Source: an uncultured Lentisphaerales bacterium
GTDB taxonomy: Bacteria > Verrucomicrobiota > Lentisphaeria > JABSQK01
Direction of reading: 5' to 3'
NCBI GenBank assembly: GCA_964384625.1
Contig: CAYLNH010000008.1
Coordinates: forward strand, 629 to 64,628
DNA: 64,000 nucleotides
Translations under genes and position numbers: made by a program
The notes under the pieces: generated by a model
What the model was told of the DNA's origin: nothing
What the model saw: the letters and a program-made list of their open reading frames with translations, nothing else
The model's database searches: none
Shown: piece after piece, positions 48,006-57,791 of the stretch
Position numbering within the stretch: the first letter of the stretch is position 1
Layout: each line of letters begins with the position of its first letter

Positions 48006-48635
48006 ATGGCTTTGAAGATCAAAATCTGCGGCACGACAAACGCAACCGACGCCCAACTGGCAGTCGACAGCGGCGCGGACCTGCTGGGCTTCATCTTCTA
48101 CGCGAAGTCGCCACGCTACATCACGCCGGCAGCGGCCGGCGACATCATCACCGGGCTGCCGCCGGCGATCGGCAAGATCGGCGTGTTCGTCAATGAATCG
48201 GTCGAGACCATGCTGTCGATCGCCGAAGAAGCCGGCTTAACCGGCCTGCAACTGCACGGTGAGGAGTCACCGGAGTTGATTCCGCGTCTGGCAGGCTATG
48301 ACATTGTCAAAGCCATCTCCCTGCGAACAGCCGGTGATCTGGCGCGCCTGGACGACTTTGCGGGCGTCGGGATCCTGATCGACACCCCGTGTCCGCAATG
48401 GGGCGGCAGCGGGGCGACCGGCAACTGGGACCTCGCCCGGGCCGCCGCAGAAAGACGGGACATCCTGCTGGCAGGCGGGCTGACACCGGATAATGTAGCG
48501 GCCGCAATCACAGCGGTGCGGCCGGCGGGAGTCGATGCCGTCAGCGGGGTTGAAGCCGAGAAGGGCGTCAAGGCCCCGGACAAAGTCAGACAGTTTATTG
48601 CTGCCGCACGGGCAGCCGCCGGAGAAGATCAATGA
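48006..48635 (+). CDS. trpF: Phosphoribosylanthranilate isomerase
   Basis: MALKIKICGTTNATDAQLAVDSGADLLGFIFYAKSPRYI...LQLHGEES...LLAGGLTPDNV... The ATG at 48006 is preferred over the TTG at 48000. Confidence 0.9.
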   Translation: MALKIKICGTTNATDAQLAVDSGADLLGFIFYAKSPRYITPAAAGDIITGLPPAIGKIGVFVNESVETMLSIAEEAGLTGLQLHGEESPELIPRLAGYDIVKAISLRTAGDLARLDDFAGVGILIDTPCPQWGGSGATGNWDLARAAAERRDILLAGGLTPDNVAAAITAVRPAGVDAVSGVEAEKGVKAPDKVRQFIAAARAAAGEDQ

Positions 48636-50269
48636 GCGTGAGACTACCGCAGGCAGTGTTGGCCGGTTCTCTTATTTTTGCGCTGACCGTTCCGGCCGAC
48701 GGCCGGAAGAAGCCGAAAGTGCGGACGTACGGCAAGTACTACCCGAACACCCGTAAGGTCCACTATCGGTATTATGCCTACACCAAGAACGGCCGGAAGT
48801 ACAAGCATGGTCCGGAAACCGTTTACTACCGCAACGGCAAAGGCCGGGTGCAGAAGAAAACCATGTGGAAATACGGCGTCCGTCATGGACGTTACGTCGA
48901 GTTCTTCAATGCCGACGAAGTGAAGGTGAAGACCAAGGGCGAGTACGAACGCGGCAGGAAAACCGGACTCTGGCAGGAGTGGTTTCCAAATCTGCAGAAG
49001 CATCGCGAAGCCACGTTTGCGGCCGGCAAGCTGCACGGCCCATACCGCGAGTGGAGCGCCAACGGCCAGGAGCTGGATCGCAAGACCTACAAGGCCGGCA
49101 AGAAACACGGCGCCGAGTTAACCTGGTACCCGGACGGCACCAGGCGGTCGCGCACGAACTATGAGAACGACGTGCGCAGCGGCCTCGAGCAGACCTGGCA
49201 CGCCAACGGCAAGCAGCGGAGTCATACCGAATATGTCAACGGCAAGCGCAACGGCGTCGAGCGGCTCTGGAACGAAGACGGCGTACTGCTCTCCGAAACG
49301 CAGTATCGCGCGGGCGTCCGTCATGGTCGTGAACGTTTGTGGTTCACCAACGGCAAGCCCAAGTCCGAGACCGACTACGTCGAGAACGTGCGCCACGGTC
49401 TGGAGAAGATCTACTACGAAGGCGGCAATCTGAAAAGCGAGGGCCGGTATGAACAGAACGTCGCCGCCGGCGTGCATGTGAGTTATTTCGCCAACGGCAA
49501 GAAGCGGTCGGAGACAAGTTACGTCAAGGGCAAACGCGAAGGCGCCTCCCGCAACTGGTTTGCCAACGGCGAGCTCAGTACACTCTACACGTTTCGGATG
49601 AACAAGCTGCACGGCGACTTCGAAATCCACAACCTCGCCGGCAAATTGCTCGCCAAAGGTACGTATCAGAACGGCCGGCCGTTCAGCGGCACGTTTCTCA
49701 ACTACACCGATTCAGATCGCGCTTATTTCGTGGCGATCTACAAGGCCGGTGAAAGGCAGAATGAGATCTTCTACGTTGACAACCGGCCGTATACCGGCGT
49801 CTGGGAAACCTTCTTCGACTTCGACCGCAAGGACAAACGCAGCCGGACCACCTACAAGGACGGCCGGCGGCACGGGCCGGAAACGCTGTGGCATGAGAAC
49901 GGCAAGAAGTTCTTCGAACTCAACTGGACCGAAGGCGAGCTCGACGGCAACCTGACGCAGTGGCACACCTCCGGCAAGAAGGCCTGGGAGGTCCAATTCG
50001 TCCGCGGCCGGCACCACGGTTTTGAAAAGGCCTGGGACGTCCACGGCGAACCCTTGTGCGCCGGCGAGTGGCGCAACGGCAAGCCGTGGAACGATACGGT
50101 GATCATTGCTGTCGAGAAGGGCGACGGCCAGGCCATTCAGCAATATAAGAACGGCAAGCTGATTCCCGGCATTCCCAAAGCCATCGTCCGCAACATCAAG
50201 CCGGTCCGAGCCAGGTACGAGCAAACGATCGAGCACCAGAAAGGCAAACGCCCCCGCCGCCGCCGCTAG
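48632..50269 (+). CDS. Secreted MORN-variant (YwqK-like) repeat protein
   Basis: Signal peptide, then more than 12 repeats of the pattern ...W(Y/F)xNGxxxSexxYxxGxxxGxxxxW... Its ATG overlaps the trpF TGA (ATGA). Confidence 0.8.
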   Translation: MSVRLPQAVLAGSLIFALTVPADGRKKPKVRTYGKYYPNTRKVHYRYYAYTKNGRKYKHGPETVYYRNGKGRVQKKTMWKYGVRHGRYVEFFNADEVKVKTKGEYERGRKTGLWQEWFPNLQKHREATFAAGKLHGPYREWSANGQELDRKTYKAGKKHGAELTWYPDGTRRSRTNYENDVRSGLEQTWHANGKQRSHTEYVNGKRNGVERLWNEDGVLLSETQYRAGVRHGRERLWFTNGKPKSETDYVENVRHGLEKIYYEGGNLKSEGRYEQNVAAGVHVSYFANGKKRSETSYVKGKREGASRNWFANGELSTLYTFRMNKLHGDFEIHNLAGKLLAKGTYQNGRPFSGTFLNYTDSDRAYFVAIYKAGERQNEIFYVDNRPYTGVWETFFDFDRKDKRSRTTYKDGRRHGPETLWHENGKKFFELNWTEGELDGNLTQWHTSGKKAWEVQFVRGRHHGFEKAWDVHGEPLCAGEWRNGKPWNDTVIIAVEKGDGQAIQQYKNGKLIPGIPKAIVRNIKPVRARYEQTIEHQKGKRPRRRR

Positions 50270-50304
50270 TGTATCGCCCCATAAATCCGAGGCGTGAACC
50301 GCGA

Positions 50305-51114
50305 CTATTCCAGCGCGGAGAAGCCCTTGAGCGAATGCCCCTCCTGTTTGGCCTTGTCGTATTCCGCCTTGCTTGCCGGGCGGAAGACGATGTTGTCGAA
50401 GTAGTACTGTCCCAACGGCCACATGGCGTAGGGCTTGAGCAGGATCACGTCCGGCCGGAATCGTTTCATCCCCGGCAACTTGAGGCCCATTCGAAAACGA
50501 TGGTAGGACTTGGCGTCCGGCAGGCGACAGACAAGGGTGTGGCGGTACACCATCAACATGTCGCCGGCCCTGGTTGCACGTTTCTTCCTCCCGAACACCT
50601 CCGAAAACGCCGGACCGCCGGCGTGCGGCGTGTGGAAGTAGGACAGGTTCTTGCCGGCTTTGCTCTCGGTCACCTTCTGGAACCCACGGATCAAAACCTT
50701 GGGAAAGAAGATTTGTGAGGATCGCGGTCCCTTCAGGTCGGCTTCGATGATGAAATACCGGTCTTTCCTGCCGAGCGCAATGGGGTTGGAATAGGCCCAG
50801 ACGCCTTCGTGCGCACCGACCGTCTGGTACTGGCCGCCCGTACTACGGCCTTCGGGAGGGGGTTCGCCCTTCTTCTCCGCGTCCAGGAACTTCTTCTTGT
50901 CCACCTGCAGGACCGTTGTGTCGAACTGCAGACAGCCGCCGGGGTTGCCGCCGGTCTTCTGCCATTTGCAGGTAATTCCGTCCGGCTTGCTCCAGCCGGC
51001 CGGCACTTTGCCTTTGCCCGTTTCCAGGTCGCCGTTGACCACCAGGCTCTGCTTGTCGCCGGCCGCCGCGGACAGCAGCAGCGCGGCAGTCAGTAACAGG
51101 GTCATTCGATACAT
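50305..51114 (-). CDS. Secreted hypothetical protein with a CBM4/9-like N-terminal pattern
   Basis: Signal peptide MYRMTLLLTAALLLSAAAG, then ...LVVNGDLETGKGKVPAGW... The family assignment is tentative. Confidence 0.55.
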   Translation of the reverse strand: MYRMTLLLTAALLLSAAAGDKQSLVVNGDLETGKGKVPAGWSKPDGITCKWQKTGGNPGGCLQFDTTVLQVDKKKFLDAEKKGEPPPEGRSTGGQYQTVGAHEGVWAYSNPIALGRKDRYFIIEADLKGPRSSQIFFPKVLIRGFQKVTESKAGKNLSYFHTPHAGGPAFSEVFGRKKRATRAGDMLMVYRHTLVCRLPDAKSYHRFRMGLKLPGMKRFRPDVILLKPYAMWPLGQYYFDNIVFRPASKAEYDKAKQEGHSLKGFSALE

Positions 51115-51168
51115 GGTGCAGACTCCTTTGCGGGCGGCGGGACCGGCCCGGACGATGGCGATTCGGGA

Positions 51169-52518
51169 CTACTTCTGCGGCAGTACCGTGCGGCCCCAGC
51201 CTTTCCAGTGGTTGATGATTTCGGTTCGGGTTTCGGCGTCGGCTTTGGCGTCGTAGATGTAAGCGCCGTTGCTTCCCGTGAGTTTGTCGAGGGCCATGCA
51301 GATGTACATGGCGGAGAAATCGCCGGCATCGTCGAGCGCGGCGACGAGGGCCGCGAGAGTTGCTTTGTCGTTGCTCCCGGCCGTGGCCAGGGCGTTGGCG
51401 GCCGCGGCACGCGTGCGCTCGTTCTTGTCTTTGAGCAGGCGGATCAATCGGGCGATGTCTTTGTCGCGGCCGCGTTTGCCGATGGCAATCACGGCGCTGA
51501 CCCGCGCTTTTTCATTCGGCGATTTCAGGGCGGCGCCCAGGAGTTCCGCGGGCGGCTGCTGGCGGAACGTGGTGAACCCGCGCACGGCCCAGTAGGTGAC
51601 CATGCCGTCGCCCTTCAGAGCGCGCGCAATGATGGCGGCGTCGAGCTTCTCGGCGTTCGTCTTGATGCCATGATAGGCCACGACGTTCCGCACCCCGTCG
51701 TTCTTGTCCGTCACCAGCTTTACCAAGGCGTCAACAGCGGTTTCATCGCCGATATGAGCCAGGGCGGTGGCCAGCCACATGCGGGAGTGATCATGGCGTT
51801 TGGGATCCAACGCCAGCGGCACCAGGATTTCGGTCACCTGCGGTCCCAACGCGATCGCCAGGGCACAGGCCTGTTGGGCCGAGGAGGCGTTCTTCAGAAA
51901 GCGATCCACGAGTTCCTTCGTATAGGCCTCGCGTTCGACCGGACCCATCTCCTTCAAAACCGGAGCGCGGACATCTGCCAGCAGCGAATTGGAGCTGACC
52001 GACAGCGTCTTCTCGCGGCCGGGAAACAGCAGGATGAAACTGACCGCCGCCTGGCGCGCGGGCGTCAGGACATCCTTCAGCACCCCGACGGCCCGGGGCG
52101 CCGTCTTGCCGGTGGACTGCGGGTAGCCGTCAACCAGCTTGAAGTCGCGGGGAAAGCGGTACAGGACGACATCGGTCACGTCCAGCGGGATTGTAATCGT
52201 CCGGCCCGGCGCCAGCTTCTGCGGCCAGTCCTTCACGTCCAGCGTACATGGAATGCGTTTGGAGTAAAACGACCGTCCCTTCCCCTGACCGACAAAGAGC
52301 CAGCCGGTGACGCGGTCTTGGGCCGCCAGCGCGACCGCCTGTTTGCCGGGGTTGCGGACGGTCAGCGTGAAGGCGCAGGAGGTCTTCGCCTGCAACGTTT
52401 CGACCACCGTCAGTTTCGACTGCAGGCCATGGGTGAGCTTGCCCCATTCCGGGGCCGGGTCGGCGGCGGCAACCGCCGGGCCGAACAGCAATACGATCGG
52501 AACAATCAGCTTCCTCAT
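51169..52518 (-). CDS. Secreted HEAT-repeat protein
   Basis: Signal peptide. C-terminal half carries HEAT-like repeats (...DALVKLVTDKNDGVRNVVA...NEKARVSAVIAIGKRG...LLKDKNERTRAAAANALA...). GGAGG lies upstream of the ATG. Confidence 0.7.
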   Translation of the reverse strand: MRKLIVPIVLLFGPAVAAADPAPEWGKLTHGLQSKLTVVETLQAKTSCAFTLTVRNPGKQAVALAAQDRVTGWLFVGQGKGRSFYSKRIPCTLDVKDWPQKLAPGRTITIPLDVTDVVLYRFPRDFKLVDGYPQSTGKTAPRAVGVLKDVLTPARQAAVSFILLFPGREKTLSVSSNSLLADVRAPVLKEMGPVEREAYTKELVDRFLKNASSAQQACALAIALGPQVTEILVPLALDPKRHDHSRMWLATALAHIGDETAVDALVKLVTDKNDGVRNVVAYHGIKTNAEKLDAAIIARALKGDGMVTYWAVRGFTTFRQQPPAELLGAALKSPNEKARVSAVIAIGKRGRDKDIARLIRLLKDKNERTRAAAANALATAGSNDKATLAALVAALDDAGDFSAMYICMALDKLTGSNGAYIYDAKADAETRTEIINHWKGWGRTVLPQK

Positions 52519-52561
52519 ACGTCCGTTCCTCCACCCATGGGGTTCCTGCAGCGGTTACGGC

Positions 52562-53536
52562 CTACATGATCTTGAACTTCGGGAGGTCCTGAATATCGAT
52601 CAGGCCGACGGCATTGCCGGCCTTGTCGACCACCGGGATGTCGTCGAACTCCTTTTCCTCCAGCAGCCGGATAATGGCGATCGCCATTTGCGAGTCTTTC
52701 AATGTGGTCGGCTCCCGCGTCATCACGGTCTCAATCCGATTGTTCATGATTTCGAGATTGTCGGCGATCCGGCGACGGAAATCGCCGTCGGTGAAGAACC
52801 CGACCAGCCGGCCGTCGGCAGCCGCCACCATTACCGAGCCGGAGCGGCACTTGGTCATCTCCAGCAGGGCGTCGTGGACCGTCGTCTCCGGCGTGACGAT
52901 CGGCGTTCGTTCGGGCGGGCGCATGACGTCCCGGACCCGCAGGGTGATGGCCCGGCCGATGGCGCCGGCCGGATGATGCTTCGAGTAGTCGTTTTTGGTG
53001 AACTTGCGGTCTTCCATCAGCACAATCGCCAGGGCATCGCCGAAGGCCATGGTCGCGGTGGCCGAGGTCGTCGGCGCCAGATTGAAGGGACAGGCCTCCG
53101 ACGGCACGCGCAGCTTGACGACCAGGTCGCTGTATTCGGCCAGGCTGGATTCCGGGTCGGACGTCAGGGCCACAATCCGAACCTTCTTGAAGCGTTTCAC
53201 CGACGGCAGGACCTGCAGCAGCTCATCGGTCTCGCCGCTGTAACTGATGGCCAACAGCAGGTCGCCGGCACAAACGACACCCAGGTCGCCGTGCATCGCT
53301 TCCACCGGGTGCATGAACACCGCGGGCGATCCCGTACTGGCCAGGGTCGCCGCCATCTTGTGCCCGACATGGCCGCTCTTGCCGACGCCGGTGATGACAA
53401 TCTTGCCGCCTTTTTCCAGGATCTTCTGGCACAGCTTCACCAGTTTCTCAAAGCTCTCGCCGAGCTGGTCCTGGAGTTGCTGCAGACCGGCGATTTCATT
53501 GGCGATAACCGCCTTGCCCTTCTTCGTATAATCCAT
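52562..53536 (-). CDS. kpsF: Arabinose-5-phosphate isomerase (KpsF/GutQ; SIS domain plus tandem CBS domains)
   Basis: ...KIVITGVGKSGHVGHKMAATLASTGSPAVFMHP.EAMHGDLG...LLAISYSGETDE..., plus CBS domains. Start is MDYTKKG (53536), in frame with track ORF 52562..53680. Confidence 0.9.
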   Translation of the reverse strand: MDYTKKGKAVIANEIAGLQQLQDQLGESFEKLVKLCQKILEKGGKIVITGVGKSGHVGHKMAATLASTGSPAVFMHPVEAMHGDLGVVCAGDLLLAISYSGETDELLQVLPSVKRFKKVRIVALTSDPESSLAEYSDLVVKLRVPSEACPFNLAPTTSATATMAFGDALAIVLMEDRKFTKNDYSKHHPAGAIGRAITLRVRDVMRPPERTPIVTPETTVHDALLEMTKCRSGSVMVAAADGRLVGFFTDGDFRRRIADNLEIMNNRIETVMTREPTTLKDSQMAIAIIRLLEEKEFDDIPVVDKAGNAVGLIDIQDLPKFKIM

Positions 53537-53672
53537 GCCGCCTCGTTGCCGCTGGTAGTTTACAATCATCAGGGGACGGGCTACTATATCGATCGGCAGC
53601 GACGATTCAACGATAAGGCTCAGGAGGCACCAGACTGTGGCCGGCCATGTGCTCCGCAGTTGACGGACAATC

Positions 53673-54986
53673 ATGTTCACACTGGCATTGATCGGCTACA
53701 ATCTGCTGTTCCCGCTGGTCTATCTGCTGTACTTCCCGTTCTACCTGCGGAAACTGATCCGGCGCGGCAACTGGCGCCGGGGGTTTTGGGAACGGTTTGC
53801 CGTTTATGCGGCCACCAAAAAGGCCCGGTTGCGTTCGCTGCAGGGGCCGGTCTGGATCCATGCGGTCAGTGTCGGCGAAACCGTTGCCGCCCTCAGCTTC
53901 ATCCGGATCTGGCAGGACCGCAATCCCAAACAGAGATTCGTGCTGTCGACCACCACCAGCACCGGCCAGCAGGTCGCCCGCAAGAAAGCGCCGGACGGCG
54001 TCGAGGTGATCTACTTCCCGATGGATTTCCTACCCTGCGTCAACCACGCCCTGACCGTGATCAACCCCTGCCAGATCGTGCTCTTCGAAGTCGAGGTCTG
54101 GCCCAACCTGATCTGCGCGGCCAGCCGCCGTAACATTCCGGTCTCCCTGGTCAATTGCCGCATGTCGGACAACTCATCCGCCGGCTACGCCAAACACAAA
54201 TGGTTTTTCGGCCGGGTCTTCGGCCGGCTCTCACGGATTGCCGTACAAACCGCGAAAGACGCCGAACGCGTCGGGGCCGTCCTCGGCAGCCGCGACCAGG
54301 TGACCGTCTGCGGCACGATGAAGTTTGATCAGGTCCCGGATCGTCAGGGCGAGGACGTCAACGAACTGCTGGACCGCATCTTCCCCGCGGAACGCCTGGT
54401 CTTCTGCGCCGCCAGCACCCATGCCCCGGAGGAGGCCATCATGACGCGCGTGACCAAGCACCTTGCCGCGTCCCACCCGGAGTTCCGCATCATCCTTGTG
54501 CCGCGCCACCAGGAACGCACCGCCGAGATCGAGGCGATCCTGCAGGAAGAACTGATCGACTACGTCCTGCTGACGCAGTTGCGGGATACGGTGGAGGACC
54601 CGCAGGTCCGCATGCTCGTGGTCAACACCACCGGGGAACTGATGAGCTTTCTGGCCGCCAGCGATATCGTGTTCGTCGGTAAGAGCCTCGCCGACTACGG
54701 CGGCGACGGCGGCCACAACATCATCGAACCGGCGATCTTCGGCAAACCGATCCTGCACGGCCCCGCCATGGAGAACTTCCGTGATGTGGTGAAGATCTTC
54801 CAGGAAGAGAGCTCGGCTCTGCAGGTGGCGGACGAAGCGGAGTTCCAGACGGTTCTCGAACGCCTGGTCAGCGACCCCGGCGAACGCGAAGCGATGGGCC
54901 GGGCATCGCGGCAGACCGTCGAACAACACCGCGGCGCCGTCGACAAGACCATCGGTCTGCTCTGTCAGATCCCGCGGGACAGATAG
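53673..54986 (+). CDS. waaA: 3-deoxy-D-manno-octulosonic acid (Kdo) transferase
   Basis: 437 aa. ...PVWIHAVSVGETVAALSFI...STTTSTGQQVA...EVEVWPNLI...GGHNIIEPA..., divergent from kpsF. Confidence 0.9.
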   Translation: MFTLALIGYNLLFPLVYLLYFPFYLRKLIRRGNWRRGFWERFAVYAATKKARLRSLQGPVWIHAVSVGETVAALSFIRIWQDRNPKQRFVLSTTTSTGQQVARKKAPDGVEVIYFPMDFLPCVNHALTVINPCQIVLFEVEVWPNLICAASRRNIPVSLVNCRMSDNSSAGYAKHKWFFGRVFGRLSRIAVQTAKDAERVGAVLGSRDQVTVCGTMKFDQVPDRQGEDVNELLDRIFPAERLVFCAASTHAPEEAIMTRVTKHLAASHPEFRIILVPRHQERTAEIEAILQEELIDYVLLTQLRDTVEDPQVRMLVVNTTGELMSFLAASDIVFVGKSLADYGGDGGHNIIEPAIFGKPILHGPAMENFRDVVKIFQEESSALQVADEAEFQTVLERLVSDPGEREAMGRASRQTVEQHRGAVDKTIGLLCQIPRDR

Positions 54987-55179
54987 CCGAACGACACCCG
55001 CCGCAACAACGGCAGGCGGCGATGCTTCCGTTTAAGCCCTTGGGAATTCCGGTGTCCTGGAAAGGCCCCGTTGGTTCCGAACGGGAGAATGGGTTGTCTG
55101 ATTCAGCGACACCCATCCCGCGTCCCCTCACGGCGCCGGGCCGCGGGGGGCTGCAGAGGCCCCTGCGTGCCGGGTAGAG

Positions 55180-56034
55180 CTACCGTCGCCGCAATGTCTG
55201 CGGGCTGACGCCGACAGTGCGTTTGAACTGGCGAGAGAAAACGAACTGGTCGGAGTAGCCCAGGGCCGCGGCGATGTCGCCGACGCTCTGCGACGAACTC
55301 TCCAACAGAAACTGGGCATAGCGCATCCTGGCCTGGACGTGATAGGACTTCAGGCTCTGACCGGTCTCGCGCTTGAACCGGCGCCCGAGATAGTCGCGGG
55401 ACAGGCCCACCTCCGCCGCCAGCTTACCCCAGTCAATGGCCTCCGCGACATTCGCGTCGAGGTATTGTTGGGCTTCGAGAATACGGGCGTCGGTTGTCTG
55501 CTCCAATGCCAGCACTTCGTCACGAAGGCGGAGCATGATCGCGTGCAGCAGGCTGCTGAGGACGTTTTCATCCGGGGTTCGGGCACTGCGGGAGTAAGCT
55601 TCGGCCAGGTGCAGGAAGTACGGTTCCAGGCGGGCGGCGTCACCGGTCTGACAGGCAATATGGAATGCCGGCACACCCGTAGCAGCGACCGTGTTGGTCC
55701 CGTTCTCGAACTGCTGGAAGCGCGACGCCAGGATCAGCGGCGGATCGTCGGGGTCAGCTTTCATGCAGAAGGTCGTCCCGGTATAGAGGAAAATCACACT
55801 CCCCCGCCGCAGCGGAAACTCCTGCCCCTCGATCCAGTAGCAACCGGTGCCGTCGCGGACGAACAACAGGCGGAGATCGTCCACATAGTTGTCCACCTCG
55901 CCGCGGTGTCCCCAGGTGACCGGCACGCGGATATGCCAGGCCGACTGCGGCACGAAATGCCGACGCTGCGGGACACCGCGAAGGACCTCCTCCAGCCGTT
56001 TCGCATTCGTCCTGTTGATCCCGAGAAATGACAT
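55180..56034 (-). CDS. AraC family transcriptional regulator
   Basis: 284 aa. Cupin-like N-terminal domain and C-terminal HTH ...LAAEVGLSRDYLGRRFKRETGQSLKSYHVQARMRYAQFLLESSSQSVGDIAAALGYSDQFVFSRQFKR. Divergent from a sulfatase gene. Confidence 0.85.
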   Translation of the reverse strand: MSFLGINRTNAKRLEEVLRGVPQRRHFVPQSAWHIRVPVTWGHRGEVDNYVDDLRLLFVRDGTGCYWIEGQEFPLRRGSVIFLYTGTTFCMKADPDDPPLILASRFQQFENGTNTVAATGVPAFHIACQTGDAARLEPYFLHLAEAYSRSARTPDENVLSSLLHAIMLRLRDEVLALEQTTDARILEAQQYLDANVAEAIDWGKLAAEVGLSRDYLGRRFKRETGQSLKSYHVQARMRYAQFLLESSSQSVGDIAAALGYSDQFVFSRQFKRTVGVSPQTLRRR

Positions 56035-56171
56035 GGGGGCATCCGCTTCTGCTATGGGGTGTGAGCTTGCGGCGACTATATTGTGTTCCCGGTAAATATC
56101 ATAGCAACGGCGTTCGACTGCAACCGGTATCGCGTCAACATTCCATCACTCCAACACTCTGCGGCGTTCTC

Positions 56172-57587
56172 ATGAAACCCAACATCCTCTTCATCTTCAC
56201 CGACGACCAGCGCTTCGACACCTTGTCCGCCCTGGGCAATACTGCAATCGCCACGCCGAACCTGGACCGGCTGGCCGGGCGCGGGACGCTGTTCACGCAG
56301 GCGCACATCATGGGCGGCACGTCCCCGGCTGTCTGCATGCCCAGCCGCGCCATGCTGATGACCGGCCGGACGTTGTTCCACCTGGAACACAACGGCCGGC
56401 GCCTCCCGGCAGAACACACCACGATGCCGGAGCAGTTCCGGCGGCACGGTTACCAGACCTGTCACGTCGGCAAATGGCATCAGGACCGCGAGTCGCATCA
56501 GCGGTCGTTCTCGACGGGCGCCAAGATCTTCGGCTTCCGCCGCAAGTGCGGCTGGTACGAAGCCTGCAACGGCCACTGGCACATCCCGGTGCACGACTTC
56601 GATCCGGATGCGACCTACGCGGCCGACGGCGGCTGCAACGACCCGCCGATCGAAGCGTACCCGGCGCCGTATGAAACCGTAAAAGAACACGGCCGGCACT
56701 CGACGGAAGTGTTCAGTGACGCGGCCATTGAGTTCCTGCGGGAGCAATCGGGGGAGAAACCGTTCTTCCTGTACCTGGCGCACATCGCCCCGCACGACCC
56801 CCGGCAATACCCGGCGCGCTTTCGTAAACAGTACAACGCCGACAACATCGAGCTGCCGCCGAATTTCATGCCGCGGCACCCCTTCGACAACGGCGAACTC
56901 CGTATCCGCGACGAGCTGCTCGAGGGCTTCCCGCGCCGGCCGGCCCCCATCCGCCAACACATCGCCGACTATTTCGCGTTGATCGCGATGATCGACGAAC
57001 AGGTCGGCCGCGTGCTCGACGCCCTGGACGCAAACGGCCAGGCCGACAACACGATCATTGTGTTCGCCGGCGACAACGGCCTGGCGGTCGGCCAACATGG
57101 ACTGATGGGCAAACAGAATCTCTACGACCACAGCATCCGCGTACCATTGATCCTCGCCGGCCCGGGGATTCCCGCAGGCGAACGCCGCGATGCCGGCTGC
57201 TACCTGCTCGACATCTTCCCCACCCTTTGCGATCTGACCGACACGCCGATCCCGGACAGCGTCGAAGGCAAAAGCCTGGTGCCGGTGCTGAAAGACCCCT
57301 CAGCAACGCGGCGAGATGTGCTGTACTTCGCCTACATGGGCTGCCAGCGCGCCGTGAAAGTCGGCCGGCACAAGCTGATCGAGTACGCGGTCAACGGCAC
57401 GCGCACGCAACAGCTCTTCGATCTCGATGCCGACCCCAACGAGATCAACAACCTGGCCGAAGCGGCCGAACACAAGGACCTCCTTGCGTCTCTCCGCCAG
57501 GTCCTCCGGCGCTGGCAGACGGATCTCGACGACAACAAAGAATGGGGCCGACAGTTCTGGGGGGCGAACGGCAAATCGTCCGCTTGA
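56172..57587 (+). CDS. Sulfatase (formylglycine-dependent, Cys-type)
   Basis: MKPNILFIFTDDQRFDT...GGTSPAVCMPSRAMLMTGR (CxPxR)... Start at the ATG at 56172, in frame with track ORF 56028. Confidence 0.9.
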   Translation: MKPNILFIFTDDQRFDTLSALGNTAIATPNLDRLAGRGTLFTQAHIMGGTSPAVCMPSRAMLMTGRTLFHLEHNGRRLPAEHTTMPEQFRRHGYQTCHVGKWHQDRESHQRSFSTGAKIFGFRRKCGWYEACNGHWHIPVHDFDPDATYAADGGCNDPPIEAYPAPYETVKEHGRHSTEVFSDAAIEFLREQSGEKPFFLYLAHIAPHDPRQYPARFRKQYNADNIELPPNFMPRHPFDNGELRIRDELLEGFPRRPAPIRQHIADYFALIAMIDEQVGRVLDALDANGQADNTIIVFAGDNGLAVGQHGLMGKQNLYDHSIRVPLILAGPGIPAGERRDAGCYLLDIFPTLCDLTDTPIPDSVEGKSLVPVLKDPSATRRDVLYFAYMGCQRAVKVGRHKLIEYAVNGTRTQQLFDLDADPNEINNLAEAAEHKDLLASLRQVLRRWQTDLDDNKEWGRQFWGANGKSSA

Positions 57588-57791
57588 TCTACGGGACTGC
57601 CGGGCTGGTACCGGTCCACACTGCTGCATGCAGTCCGGCTTCCTGCCACAGGGGTCGGCAGTCCACCACCCTGCCCGGAGTGGCCGAGTGCTTCAGTATT
57701 TCGGCAACCGGGAAATAAGGAGGCCCTGACTCGGCCCACGGGGGGCGGAAGCTGAAGAGCTGTCTTCCTCGAGCTCAATCCTCGGTCGATC

